Assembly (NCBI GenBank): GCA_040954595.2
Contig: CM082592.2
Location: forward strand, 5,231,015 to 5,295,014
Direction of reading: 5' to 3'
Length of the DNA: 64,000 bases
DNA from: Balanoglossus misakiensis
Taxonomy: Eukaryota > Animalia > Hemichordata
The translations under genes and the position numbers were made by a program. Below, piece by piece: positions 25,601 to 39,072 of this stretch. Position 1 is the stretch's first letter, and each line of letters opens with the position of its first letter. The notes below the pieces were generated by a model. It was given only the letters and a program-made list of their open reading frames with translations, was not told the DNA's origin and ran no database searches.

Positions 25601-28600
25601 TAAAGTAGCATAAGTTAAAAATAATGGCTTTGAGGGTGAAATTTTTTAGAAAAGTTGAATGCTTAACAACCAACAAGTGACAATTTTAATAATTACCTTA
25701 TAAAACAACTGAAATAGCCTAATTAATATTTTATAATGACTTTTGTCCCCTCGATGTTTGTAAACAAAAAGAAGTCTTGAAACAGCTTGACCAGTAAACA
25801 ATGTATTCATGTTATACAATACGTAACACTGTTATATGGACATTGCCTTGAAGCTCTATTGATTTCAGAAACACGGATGTGTTTGTAGTTCCTGGTTGAT
25901 CTGAATACACAAACTGTGTGAGCTTCTATTTGGATGCAAATAGCTATTGATCAAGTGTACCCGAACATGTCATTTCACGGACAGTGTAGACAATTGTTAC
26001 ATTGCATCACCGTAAAAGATCTCATTAGACGTTGCAAACATCCCAGACACACATTGTGAATCTGTTGACCAGAAGTGTGGTATTTGAGCCCAGAGGGGTC
26101 TTGCATCGCGTGTATTGCAACCCACAAACTGAAAGTTGTATGAGCCAACTCCCAAGAGATTCCTTTTAACATGCAGCTGTTGAAAACCTAACAGAGTGGT
26201 GCCTAAGTGCTTCAGGAGGGACATTTTCAAATACATGCATGTATATGCGTACCGGCTGACAGTTTTTCTGATACTTTTTAATCATTCACAATATTATGTT
26301 TTGTGCTGTTTCAGAGCACAACACGCACACACACACGATGAAAGGCTAAGCTGTTGCCAGTTAACAATAAATGATTGTAGAAAAATTGATATTGATATCC
26401 TTGCAAGCGGGCGGGTTTGTTTACATCAGCTGTCAGCCGCCATGATGGAATTACAAAATAGGTCACAGTGAAAAAAAAAATCCCACCACATCGTCCAAAA
26501 TCCCTCTGTATTTTATTTCTTGCGCTGTAGAGCGTCAAAATCTTCCAAAATTCTTCACTTACTTGATGTCTCAACATTTGGGGTGTTAGCAGCAGCAGTG
26601 GAACAGGAAGTAGTTGTCGTCGCCGACGTCGAGGTCAGAACATTGGTTTCTTTTTCCCGCTCCTGACTCTTCTCCTTCTCTTCTTGTTCCATGTTCAGAG
26701 ACCTAAAATGAAAACACAGACAGGAAACTGCAGTTATACTAAACATTAAAATACATTGTGATATTCCAAAACCATGAATCTTCACTGTACCCAACACCTT
26801 ACCAACCTAAAATGATGTAAATTTGTGGGGATTTTTTAATTTATACATATTTTTTTTATTATTTATGCACATTTTTATGCATATTTTATTATTTGTACAG
26901 ACAGATTTGAAAAAGCTACACAAATTTTGCAGAAATACACCCTGAAACTGCCATTTTCTAGCAAATGTACAGCGGTTTAGGCGCGTTAAAAAAAACGACA
27001 ACAGACCAATGTTAATATCAGTGTCAGTTCGATATGCTCAATCTGTTGTTTCAATTCCAGGCCAGAACAAAACTGCTCACTTTTATAGAATTTTCACCCC
27101 GGAATGAGATTAAAACCGGACAATGTTTTGACTGTGGCCAGGTCATACAATAAGCAGTCATGTGACTGGACAGCCTGACATCATAGACAAACACACACAC
27201 ACCCAAAAGCAAGCTGACACAGATTAGCACAATGTTATGATCTGTGGGGATGAGTCATGAGCCGTGAATATCCACTGTTATTGTTGACGAATCTTCCCAG
27301 TGACCTCAAAATATGCTGACCCAGCAAAAGAACAAACAAACGGAAAGTAAAACTGTCTAGTCTGTGATAGCAGGCCAGATTTTCAAAAGAAATAGGACTT
27401 CTTTCTTTCATTATTCACAGCATTAGTCGGTCTTGTCATCTACTATCAAAACTAGCTGCATGCCAATGGAATGATGTCATCCACATGCAAGACAACAGCA
27501 AACATCCAACTTCTCTAAATGAATTAAATATTTACTAAATTACATACAACTAATACTATACATGTACAATCAGCATAAATCTTGTATCTTTAAAAATAAT
27601 TGTATTCTCTTACACTAGCTGGATTGCATGTTTTCAGTTCGCAAGCATCGAATAGATATATTAATTAGAACTACCGTAATGGAAGAGGAATCTATACAGC
27701 GTAATATAGCATAAAAAGATCAGATACTAAGAAAATATCGAAACTACACCGCATGTCACGTAAAAAAAACAAATGCACGTTGATAACATCCCTTTACCTG
27801 ATGCTACGTACTTCCCATCTACACAACTATTCTAAAATTTCACAACATGTGACATCTGCAGATTATCAACAACATCAATAACAAACCTGTACATATAAAT
27901 AAAACCTGTGATCAACTAGATGGTAGTGCTGGCACGGTTAAAAGTGTGAAAATCACAGATCCAACTTTTATTTATGCTGTGCATCTAAATTCTTCAAAAA
28001 TATGAAGCATGCCTACTGTTGTACTGAACTGATAAACTACCAAAATGGCGGCATACTTTGCTCCTATTTTGACCTTCACAATCATGTACAACAGATACCT
28101 GCATGAATAAATCCTATTAATTAATTAAAGGTAACATCTGCCTCGAGGACAGATTTCCAAAAAGATGTTAGCCCTCCAAACGTTTCGATTCTTTGCTAAA
28201 AAGTCTTTGTGAAAAAAGAAAACAAGGTGTCCACCCATCTTATTTTCATACATTTTTTTAAATTATCTCCTTAGAGTTTGGCAGCCATTTTGAATTTCAA
28301 ATTTGAGCCAGAATTGCTCATTCAAAATTTTACGCAGCGACCCCCAATTTCAATTTTAAGAGAGAATAATCCAAAGTTGCTTTGAGCAAAACATGAGAAA
28401 AGGTCATAGACTTATTTTTCTTAGCGCATACAACCTTACATACACAATGGAATCAGAGAAATGTTTAATGGATAGTACATGTAAATAAGTGTCTTTTCTG
28501 CTATTCGTTATTTCTACCAGTAACATTTGATCACAATGTCAACAAACGGTCCCATGACATATGCGATGTGCGACAGGTGACCTGATTTAAATAATTGCAC

Positions 28601-31600
28601 ACATGTTGGTAATAATATGCTCTCTGGGTTTCATAGCTCCCTTTTAATGCTGCGAGGCCAGTCTATTGGCAATTCAAACAACATTATCCAAATACGAATC
28701 TGTCCATTAGCCATAATCTTTACAACCATGAAATTTTCTACGGGGGCATTACAATACACAAATCTGCGCGGGAGGTATTGAAATAAACTATTTTTGCCTG
28801 CAAAGCTGACCATTGTGATGTTACAGAGGAGAGTGAAAGATGATTGAAAATCTAAATGAAATGTGGAAAATATCAAATGGCCAACTTCTGGGTTTATGCA
28901 CTTGTTACCATGGCAACTAAAAAAAGAACGAATGTTACCTCTGTTATGTAGGGTGACTGGTGTCAGCAAATGGATTTAATGTGCGGAAAATAAGGCCAAG
29001 AATAAATTATGTGGGTTAGATAACATGCATGATCTTTTCCAAAATATGGTTGGTTGGGTGAAAAAAATTTAATTTTTTATTTCTATCCACGTCCCTTGTT
29101 TTGAAAGCATCCAAACTGTTAATATATCTACAAGTTCCTTTGCAAGTACACTCATCAAGATGGTGGTGTAACTGAAACACGTACTCTTTGGATTTTTTAT
29201 GTGCTAATTCTCATGTAAATTAGGTTTACTTTACTTTACCTTCCAAATCTGTTTGGCTCTTAAAAGCTGGGGGTCACTAAGAAAGAAACAATGGGCCATC
29301 CGATGGAAATCATACTATTTTGTGAGCCTAAAATGTTTGATTAAAAACCTGAACATAGGACTAGCAGATCTGGTGTTTTATTCTCCCGACATATAGTGCT
29401 CAAATTACTGACAGACAACATACTGTCAAATCCACTTCGTCCCTATCCCAAACACATGCCATAATACCTTATCAATTGAAAATCGGTCTATTGTAGGTTT
29501 GTTTAGTTTCGACTTTTCTCCAAGTGCTGTTTGACGGCTGAAACATTCAGACTGTTATTAGTATCTCTGTTCACGACTTGACACCACCATACATCAAATG
29601 AACCACAAGAATGTCTTGCTGTGGCGTGTTTTCACTGAAGACAGTAAAAAACAGACATTGTTGCAGCATCTCAAGGCCCTCCTTCACGTCAACAAAGGAA
29701 CAGATTTGATGTGGACACTTCTTCAAATAGACAAGGCAACTATATATCAATGCAGTGGACACTGCTTGTTTGGTACATACATGCGTCGCTATACACATCC
29801 AAGTGTATTGGTTTTTGCATGTAGCATACACCAGAGTGTTTGTTTTCCCCCACTGAAAGACTGACCACTTCCTTTCTCCACATGGACCCCAAACACGTCA
29901 TACTAGAAGGGTATTCAAGGTCAACTCAGAGTGCCCTGTCTGTCTCGAATGCTGCCAGATTTGTTTGCAGTTGTGGTGTCGTGACCTACAAGGGAGCCAG
30001 TACCAAACACACTCGCATACTTTTCCGATAGACAGCTAGGTTTTCTGAATAGTTTTGTAATCACATGCCTTTATTGAAATAGTTGAAACTTTCCCGTCGG
30101 GATCTCGAGCATTTAATGCTATTAAAGAAACCGTTCTCTCAAAACAGTCTACTCGAAAATGCAAATTGTGAGCCACAATCCCTACTTGCAGACTACATGT
30201 AATTCTCAGCACCACATGGCAACATTTTCATTGTTATTTCAATTCCCCAAAAAATTCTCCAGTCAGAGAGGATGCCTTCTCCCAATAACAGAATATTTAT
30301 GTTGTCTTTTTGACATCTCAAGCAGCACATATTTAGTATTGTTCTGAAATCTTAGAAGCTGCACCTTTTCAGACTCTGCGACTCCTAAAAGCCTGGAAAA
30401 AACATACAGCTCAGTTTCCAGGCAACCAATTTGTAAAGTACTGGTTTCCAGGTGACCTCCATCCAAAAGGTCAATCGCTCCAAATGAGGGACTACACCAT
30501 TAGTGCGATGAGAAACTTTCCACTGCATTTATGCAGCCATGCAATAGACACTGCGATAAACCTTGTAACCTTTCACCCCATATACCCTGCACAAAGGTCA
30601 ATTAAACCACATCACCAGGTGATCATGATATTTGATCAGAGTTTGGCGAACGTTGTCTACTCAGGTTTTGCAGGGCTTCAGTGCTGGACTCTTGTGTTTG
30701 TACATGACGCCCAGCAGAGAGTCTGGGTAACTGATACCAAGTTCGGTGGTGAAGGGTTCAAATAAGTTTTACATATATGCAGGGAACTAGGTTCCATACT
30801 TGTGTGTATGCAGTGAAACCTGTCATTACAGACACCTCGCTAATCTTCAACATACATTGACCATGTAACAAAGCAAAATTTATCTGCGACATTTTATACA
30901 GAGTACACAACACATGTAATATGTACACACACATTGGCATATACAATCAATAAAAGATTAGTAGCGTGAGAATGCCATGCTCCGAGAGCTGATGTAATTG
31001 TCCATTATTTCAAACCAAGAATTCATTGCATTTGATCGGTGTCCATTTAACAACATTCAAATGTTATGACTGGTGTTGTCTGTTTTCGTTCACAAAGTCT
31101 ACAAAGCCTAGCATGTTCGAACAGATTCCTCTTAATAATATGCACAGAAACAGCAATGCACAGATATCCCCCCCCACCCCCACCCCACACCCACACAAAA
31201 TATTAAAGGTTCTGATTGACTGGCAACCTTATGAAAGGTCACATGATTCAAGCACTAATGCCTGTTGGCAATGGCCGCTCAAATTTGAATGAATTCTCTC
31301 TATCCGGCTTTTCAATATCCTTCCAACCTTCACCTCAAATCTCTCTCTGATCAAGAACGTGTCCATGACCAGTGCAGTGAGGACCCATCACAAAGGCTTA
31401 TAACCCCATTTATCAGGGCTAACCACTCCCTTCCGATTGTACCATGGCTCAAGGTGGGCAGATTCATAACAACGCCTCTTATTATCTAACTAACCTCTGC
31501 TTTCATAAAAACTGATGGGATCTGTTGCAAACAAAAGCAGGCCTCCCTTGGCACATAAAATTGACATTATCACCCTGCTCTGATGACGTCACAATTAATT

Positions 31601-34314
31601 GAGCTGGACCAAACCAGTCTTGAAAATCAATTGACCGTGTAGAACAGACCTTGTACGAAGTTGTATTTTCTAAACAAGCCATTGACTGATCAATTTAAAT
31701 TGAATATGATGAAATAAACTGTGGCAGGTAATTACATTTCAGAAATTTTAATAATGATAAAATCTCAAATTCAGGTATACCATCATGTATGATGATAAAG
31801 TTATTTTGGAAAGTTTTATAACTGTTGGGACTAAATGTGCCTACCAGACAATGTTATTACCACCAGCATAGTATTGCACACAATACAAGAAATTTAAATG
31901 TTGAACTATTGTTGTGTATGCAACAAACGACTGTGATTAACATTCAACTGTAGGTGTGTACCACAGCAACATCATTAATGCAAAGTTTGGCCTTACGCAC
32001 AAAGCAAACTTGGCCAGCTAGCAGTTTGGCTGACCGCCAAATGTGCACTCTGGTATTTTGCCTTGCCTTTGGTGACACCAGTCCTTCATCAGGTTTGCCT
32101 CTGCAACACAATCTGTCTTGAGATGAAATTAAATCTTCAGTTGAAACACTAGACAATGCTTGTGTCCATCCCTACCTTTGACTAGAGCCACACGTACCTT
32201 CCAAGAACAATAGTCACTCAATAAAACCTGACCTTGCTTATTATACAGGAATACAAAATAAAACTTTTACATTTACATGTACTGACAACATTTCAAGGTT
32301 TTGTGTGCTGATGAAATCACGCTTGCCCATGGGAAGAGGAAAATGAGATTTGGGATGCAGATTTACAGGGAGAAAATCACAGTAATGATATTTGGAATTA
32401 ATTTCGGTGCAAGGATTAGGATTAGCCAGTCAAAGGAACCCTATTACAAAACACCTACAATACTCAAAGGCAATGTGCACTATTTTACATAATGTGCATT
32501 TTGGAAATCTCAAATATAAATCTGGCAAATTGTATTTTCATGTTGAAGTAAACTGTAATGACAATTCAATGAGGCATAAGTTCCATTTTATTCCAAATTA
32601 CCCCTACACATCACAATCACACAATAGTTGTATTACGCATGAAAGGGCTTCCTATAAAATATCCTGTTAGCTTGCACTCTCAGCACCACCATACATTGTA
32701 TACACATTGCATCAGTCACAGCTAGCCTGTTTTCGAAGACACCCCCAAATTTGCTGCAGTACCACAAATGACTGCAGCTTTGGCCTGAGGCAGTATGGGC
32801 CTTGCTTGACTTCAAATATACTGAATTCCAATCTCACTCCATGAAATTTCAACACGCATCAAGATTTAGTACATACATGTACAGTGTACATTGTCCTTCT
32901 AAATATAATATATCACAGAGACAGAAAGTGAAAATGTGAATTATTTTTGTGAACTGGTGATATCACTATGTAAATTGGACTTACCGGTAAATAAAATTCA
33001 AGGATGTTAGCGAAATGCTTAGGGTTAATTTCGAACAAAAGCAAACATGGTGAGGTCACACTCATTTTCCCATTCAGAATTTACTGCACGTGTTTGACCC
33101 GCACACTGAAAACAATGGGACCAGACTGAAATACTGAGTGACAACAAGAGATTTTGTTCCACTGTAATAGTGTAAACTAAAAGACAAGTATATAGCTTAC
33201 CTGAAACTTCCGTACACGATGAGTAGTATTGATATGAGGAAGGTTGAAACTCTGGACGAGTCCACAAGGGAGTATGCCCTGTGAAACAAAGAACAAGGCA
33301 GTGTTATTGTCGAGCAACACAGCGAACGCTCAACAAGTCCTCGGTCACAAAGAGCAGGAAAGACGCAAACAAAAACAGCATGAGTGGATTATTTCTCAGA
33401 CAACCTGACAAAAAGTGACTCCGCGATGGCCGGCATCTCTTCACGTTAGTCTTTGTCTCTCTGCTGCGGTCTGTCTTGCTCTCAGAGTGCCTGCCTCTGA
33501 AATGACCTTCTCATGCAGAGCGAGAGAGAGCATGGGTCTGTACCACAATAAAAGAACCATGTGTCTCTGTCTGTACCAGATGTTCTGGGCAGACAAAAGA
33601 AGCATCTCTTTTGTCTTTTTTGTTCAGCCACTGGGTTCAGCTCACATCCACGAATAATGCATAAATTAACATGATATAATTAATTAGAGGGAGAAACCAT
33701 CAGGCTTCTGTTTTCATTTGTCTCTTGTTTTAGAGAGAAAAAAAACAGATGACTGCATGGTGGTCTGCTTCACTGGTAATTTTTCATTCATAAGTCTGTT
33801 TTGCATGACACAAAAGCACGCAACTCAAACAATGCTGGCACGTACCTTCATCTGGTCAGAACATATTTATTTTTCCCTTTTAACCATTTCTTTTTAATTT
33901 TACCTATATCCAACAGTCAGTGGCTACATTTTTTTTATGGAACCCTCGTTATTTAAAACATATATACATTTGTATTTTAATTTTTTACTGCTCAGTGCTG
34001 AAAATAATTGTACCAAAATAGTGTAGACAAAGAGTTAGCCTGCCTTTTCTTGCATTCATAGCAAAGCCAAGAAAAGGTAGACTAGAAACTACTGTACACT
34101 AAAAAAATGGTGATTACATTAAATTTAAATAGAATCATCAAAACTGGCCAAAAGTGACCATTTTAAATACACACACATGCAATACTATAATATGGATATA
34201 AAATCCGACATATGGATCCATGAATCTCCATTGAGTCGTCTGCTAGATTTCCATGTTTTGGAAGATACATGTACAAAATGTACCTCACTACTACACAATA
34301 ACTGATTCTTATAT

Positions 34315-34378
<64 letters not shown>

Positions 34379-37300
34379 ATTTTGTTATTCTTGCAATGTG
34401 CACCTTCAAAATTTAATTTGCTATCCTAAATAAATTGATACATGTACACATAAAATATTTTGGGAGCTGAGATGCAGTACATAAAAGAAGACACAACGAT
34501 AGAAATGACCTTCGGCATATGGTACATTAATTTATCGCCCCCACTTGTATGAAATCAAAATCCTGTCGATAAATCAGCGCAAAGACTGGTTCAGTGATTA
34601 CACATCCCTCACTCTCCACAGCTTTGTATTAAAACTTGCGAAAAATCCCTTCCATCATCCAAAATAATCCGTAATGCATTGATACTGGAGCTTATGAGAG
34701 AAAACCCTAAACCTTGTTGGTAATTCACACTAGAAATATCAATCACTGGGTGCCTCCAAATCAACAATTACATGTACCTCCAAATTGTGAATGAAACAGT
34801 CGTGATATGCTGCAGGCTCTACAAAGAAAGAAAGAACGCATCTCACTTACAGTGGGTGTGATGTTGACACCGCTGGGACATTAATGCTTGTTACCTCTCA
34901 GGACTACCCCAGTACACAGGAAATTACTTTCCTGGTGTTGTGAAGCTCAACTACTGATCTGATGTCCACATCAATCAAGCTTTCCAAAAGAAATGGCCTT
35001 TTCTCAAAAAGCAAAGTCAGAGCTCCGCTAAATGTCACCCTCCTAGGTGATGAAGTCGGAAAGTGTTTCCAACCCTTTCAAGACCCGAACACCATTTCCA
35101 GTAAAGCAAGCATAAATGTGTAGGGCTTTGCAGGAAAACACAATGCACAGAGTTGTTCTAAATTGCAGTTTTAAAAATTATCTTTTAATTTGATGTACAG
35201 GCTGGCAGAGCAAACCAAGGGAGTGTGTCAGATCTTGGAATCACATGAATAATACATTTTGTATTATTCATACGCTAGGTGCTCAAGAATGCCAGTACCA
35301 AGAACCTTCGATGCACCGCTATAAAAGTATAACTACAAAGCAATCAGATATGCCACTTCAGAGGAAAGTAGTTTTTGACCCAAAATGGCAAAACTTAACC
35401 CGGAACAAATAGACAGACAGACAAACACACAGGCATGTACTGTACCCTACAAACTGATATACCGGTACATTTTACATACAGATGACAGATGCCACAATCT
35501 TAAAATAGTACATGTATCTAGATACCAAATGGCAGCCTAAAGTATCTTGATAACTGAAACTATAGAAAAAATTCACTGAACATACCCAGTTGACATGTTC
35601 AATTCAGGAAGGGATGATGTGACATTGAAAAGAATCGCCATTTCCTTGAGATGAGAAAATCATCTGGTAATTAAGACTAACTGAGTTACCCTGCTTCAGG
35701 GACAGCTACCCTGCTTTGCTCTATAAAGTTACAGAATTTCTGTTTTGCTTTCCTTTCACACAAAAAGAAAAGCCTATTTTTGAGCGTACAGGAGGTTCTG
35801 CAGTCGTAGAGACAAAATTACTATATAGTTGTGCTAAATGTGGTATGCAGATAGAGACTATCTACCAGCCCCTTTCTACATGGCTGCTATGAACACTGAT
35901 GAACAGTCCATGCCATTTCTAAATTTAGCTACACTCTTCTTTCATTCTTTCACGTCGACTGAATCGCAAGAATTTACTGATTAATTTTTATCTCGGAACC
36001 CCTTGATGGTTAAATTTCCCTGGTCAACTAAACTATATATTGTACATTTGTACTATCAGAAATTGCTAGGGGAGTATAGTGTACACCACTGAATTGATAG
36101 ATGCTTCCTGTACCTGAAATATTGTATGATAAGAAATGATATGATATGAAACATATTGTAGATATTAATCATGATCTATTATATTCATCCTACTATGAAT
36201 TGCAACTACACAGATAGGTGCATGAGAAAATAAAGTGGGCGGCTTTCATTACTTATCTTTTAAACGGTACATATACATGTACATCAATTCACACTCCTAT
36301 ACAACTTGATGAGAACAAACCATTGTTCCATCCAACATATTTTACGCATCATGCTCTATCCTAGGCATCCACATAAGGTCATCTGAGCGTATTTCTGGAC
36401 GATTTTCATTCTCATTGCTATGTGCTGGCTATCACTCTATTAAATTCACAGAACACATTTTGCCTTTAACCAGTCTTTGGATGCAACACCTTGTCTGAAT
36501 AACCGAACCAAACAGTGATTTCAGCACCACACTCTGTTTTATATCACACTACCCATAACTTAAAAATAATTGCAAGTCATAGTTTACTTTTCTGTAGGGT
36601 GCATGATAAAATCTTTACAGCCCAGCCCTGATGTACTTTGGTATCCTGGTTTTATGGCGGAAGGGTACTACCATAGGTGGGCTTTCAAGCTGCACAACCT
36701 CAAAAGGCAAAATATGTACCTTACAGATTTGTACAAGGACGTGTAATCCTATAGTCTAAGAATAAGCTAGGAATGTGCCCCTCTTGACAGTAATATATGT
36801 ACATGTACGACTTGAAACTACATACTGATGCTGTTATAGCATTTCACTATTAACCAGTCTATTCACGAGTTGGGAAAAATAGTAAAGGTTGTTATTCTAA
36901 TGGCGGTCTCCAGATTACAGTGCATACAGCAGCTGTTTTACCCATGATTCATTGCAGGTTGTCTTTTGCCATACACTGTGACACACTGAAATCCATTTCA
37001 CATCACAACCACACGCTTGCATTTTTCCCCCACATGCGGTCTGTAAACTTGATACATTATTGAAGATTTCTGTCCCAAGTGCGGCCGGCTGACTCCAGCT
37101 CACCTGTGTACTGTGACCTTGTGGTCTCATTTGCATAACAACTATATCAGCGGTTTGTGTCACTAAGTCCTTGGGTGCCTGGTGGGAATCAGATTTCAGG
37201 GGAGGTCATAGTGGTTCACACATTCACATTAATACAAAACTTTTGTGTTGTGGTCATCACTCTACATGTTTGATTAATTACCATGCTGAGGACAGCTCTG

Positions 37301-38156
37301 CTATCATTTGATTATTTTGCAAGTTTTTTCCTGCTATGTGTTTTTAATTGTGGAATGTTTGTCCACAAACTACTGTGAGGCTGGACTGCCCTGAATGAGG
37401 TCACTCATTGTCATTGGGTCAGTGTGCTTGGACTTTATAAGACACTTTCATACACAAAAGAGGGTGCAGAATCTTACAATGAAAGATGATCAATCTGACA
37501 AAGCTGTAATATCAAAAAGCGGAGTTTCATTCTCATGATGCCATCAGTGAAAATAGTCGTTCTGTGAGCTCGATTTTCCATAATGCACTGTTATGTCATT
37601 ATACCGGGGTCATGATTGCTTTTAGTTGCTGTATTCATCATCTACAATGTATTATGTTATGATGACCATCAACACAATTTAGATGCATGTGTGAAAAAAC
37701 GCACATGTCAATCATGTCAGAATGTGATAATGACATTCCATGTACCACACCAAGATCGTGATGCAATTACGAACTGTGCAATCGAGAAAGGATTGGTAAA
37801 CTGCCTTTGGGAAGAAATGCAACACAGATGGAGGTACGAGGCCTCTGCATCGTGGGTGGATCTGGGCCATGGGATGTGCTGTGCGTGATGTGATAGCAAT
37901 CAACAACTTTTCTCGAAGCCAATGTAGCACATTTCGTCTGGGGCGGTTTATTTTTCACACACCCCTAAAACATCTATCGAAATTCTCATCTCGCCAATAT
38001 TTCACTGTGCACAGGTCAGTCCGGTTTATATTGAGGTTAAATTTTAACAATCGATGAGGTACGGCAGGGGTGTACGTACGTCGTGTGTATGTACACTTGA
38101 ACCTTTGCTACTGCTTGAGTTCCCATTTCTTTTACTTACCACTCGTACTCAGTCAT
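19681..38156 (-). CDS. SPPL3: Signal peptide peptidase-like 3 (GxGD intramembrane aspartyl protease)
   Basis: Eleven phase-consistent exons: 38156-38140 (MTEYEW), 33278-33201 ([26 protein letters not shown]), 26702-26563, 24790-24671 ([21 protein letters not shown]), 23260-23182, 22554-22442, 21798-21620 ([12 protein letters not shown] motif), 21345-21257 ([10 protein letters not shown]), 20633-20425 ([11 protein letters not shown]), 20085-19976 ([10 protein letters not shown]), 19749-19681 ([11 protein letters not shown]...YLDV*). Confidence 0.97.
24004..24091. mobile_element. piggyBac-like MITE copy, diverged
   Basis: TAACCCTTTCACCACCATGGTTT...GGACCTCT...GGGGGTTAAAGGG is collinear with 51710-51802. 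Confidence 0.65.
28125..28438. mobile_element. Degenerate TTAA-associated non-autonomous DNA element (Kolobok-like)
   Basis: Eroded termini TTAAAGGT...ACCTTA. The reverse complement of its right end resembles 62939-63030, so it is an interspersed repeat. Confidence 0.45.
34316..34378. repeat. (CAT)~20 microsatellite in SPPL3 intron 1
   Basis: Uninterrupted CAT run seen directly. Confidence 0.97.
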
Positions 38157-39072
38157 TTTGTCTCGTCTTTATCCCGACTTTTCTGTGAGCACACGCTTCA
38201 TGTAGTTCGACACGGTAGCTTATTAATCCGCTTGGCGGGATGCTCCTTGTCGATCCTGTCCACGGTGAACAAAATCCCACGGCGGAAGCAGTCAAAGGGG
38301 GCTATCCAGCCTTTGCAAGTGCCGTGTAATGTGCACACTCACTGTTGTGTCGGTTTCAGTCACTCCGACCCCCAACGAAAAAGCGACTCTTTGACGTCGC
38401 CTCCGCACTGTTCTTACCGCCGGCCGTGGTCATACACTGTTCCCTGACATTGTAAATCGATTAACAAGTCCTAACTGCGCCTAATCGTGGCCCGTTTAGA
38501 CGCGATTTGGCTCCAAAATGTCACAACACCGACAGGCACCACACACAAAGGTGATCTTGTTTGTTGCTAATAATAGACCTTCCCTTCGTTGGTGGTGAGA
38601 TGTTGTTGTGATTGATTTGCTCATGCGCACTGACTCCCTAGGCCGCATTTTGGTGAAGTTTTCTCATATATTGCTAATTTATACTACTTTCAAACATAAT
38701 TTTGTCACTTCTCCATTACCTAGGCTGCTTAAAAGTCTTTAAAATACTTTTGCACTACTTTCTATGCAATTTATTTACTTTATTAACGACAATTCCGTGA
38801 AATATAACGACGCAAGAGACATGTTACTGTTTTTTCCGAAAGCGCGTACAACTTTCAACTAATGGAGGCGCGCTTTACTAGTGGGTCAAAGGTACCGTGC
38901 GATATCCCGTCTGGCGCGGCGCTGAAATAGCTCTGTAAACAAACACACGCTCGTTGCAAATTTGTTTGCACAAGACAACTGAAAATGGTTTGATCGCGCC
39001 CAGCATAAGACGCGAAAACCATTTCATCAGGGCCATTGTGCGAACGTGTCCCGCAGTAGACCGCATGTAACA
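38157..39072. promoter_or_regulatory. Divergent promoter region between SPPL3 and HNF1
   Basis: 916 bp between head-to-head start codons, CpG-rich relative to flanking introns. Contains DR1/HNF4-like GGGTCAAAGGTAC (38883-38895) and Fox-type GTAAACA (38935) and TGTTTGC (38963). Confidence 0.7.

Noticed and set aside
34185-34409. ORF with a poly-Met run
   Set aside because: It is the (CAT)n microsatellite read on the minus strand; no splice or homology support.
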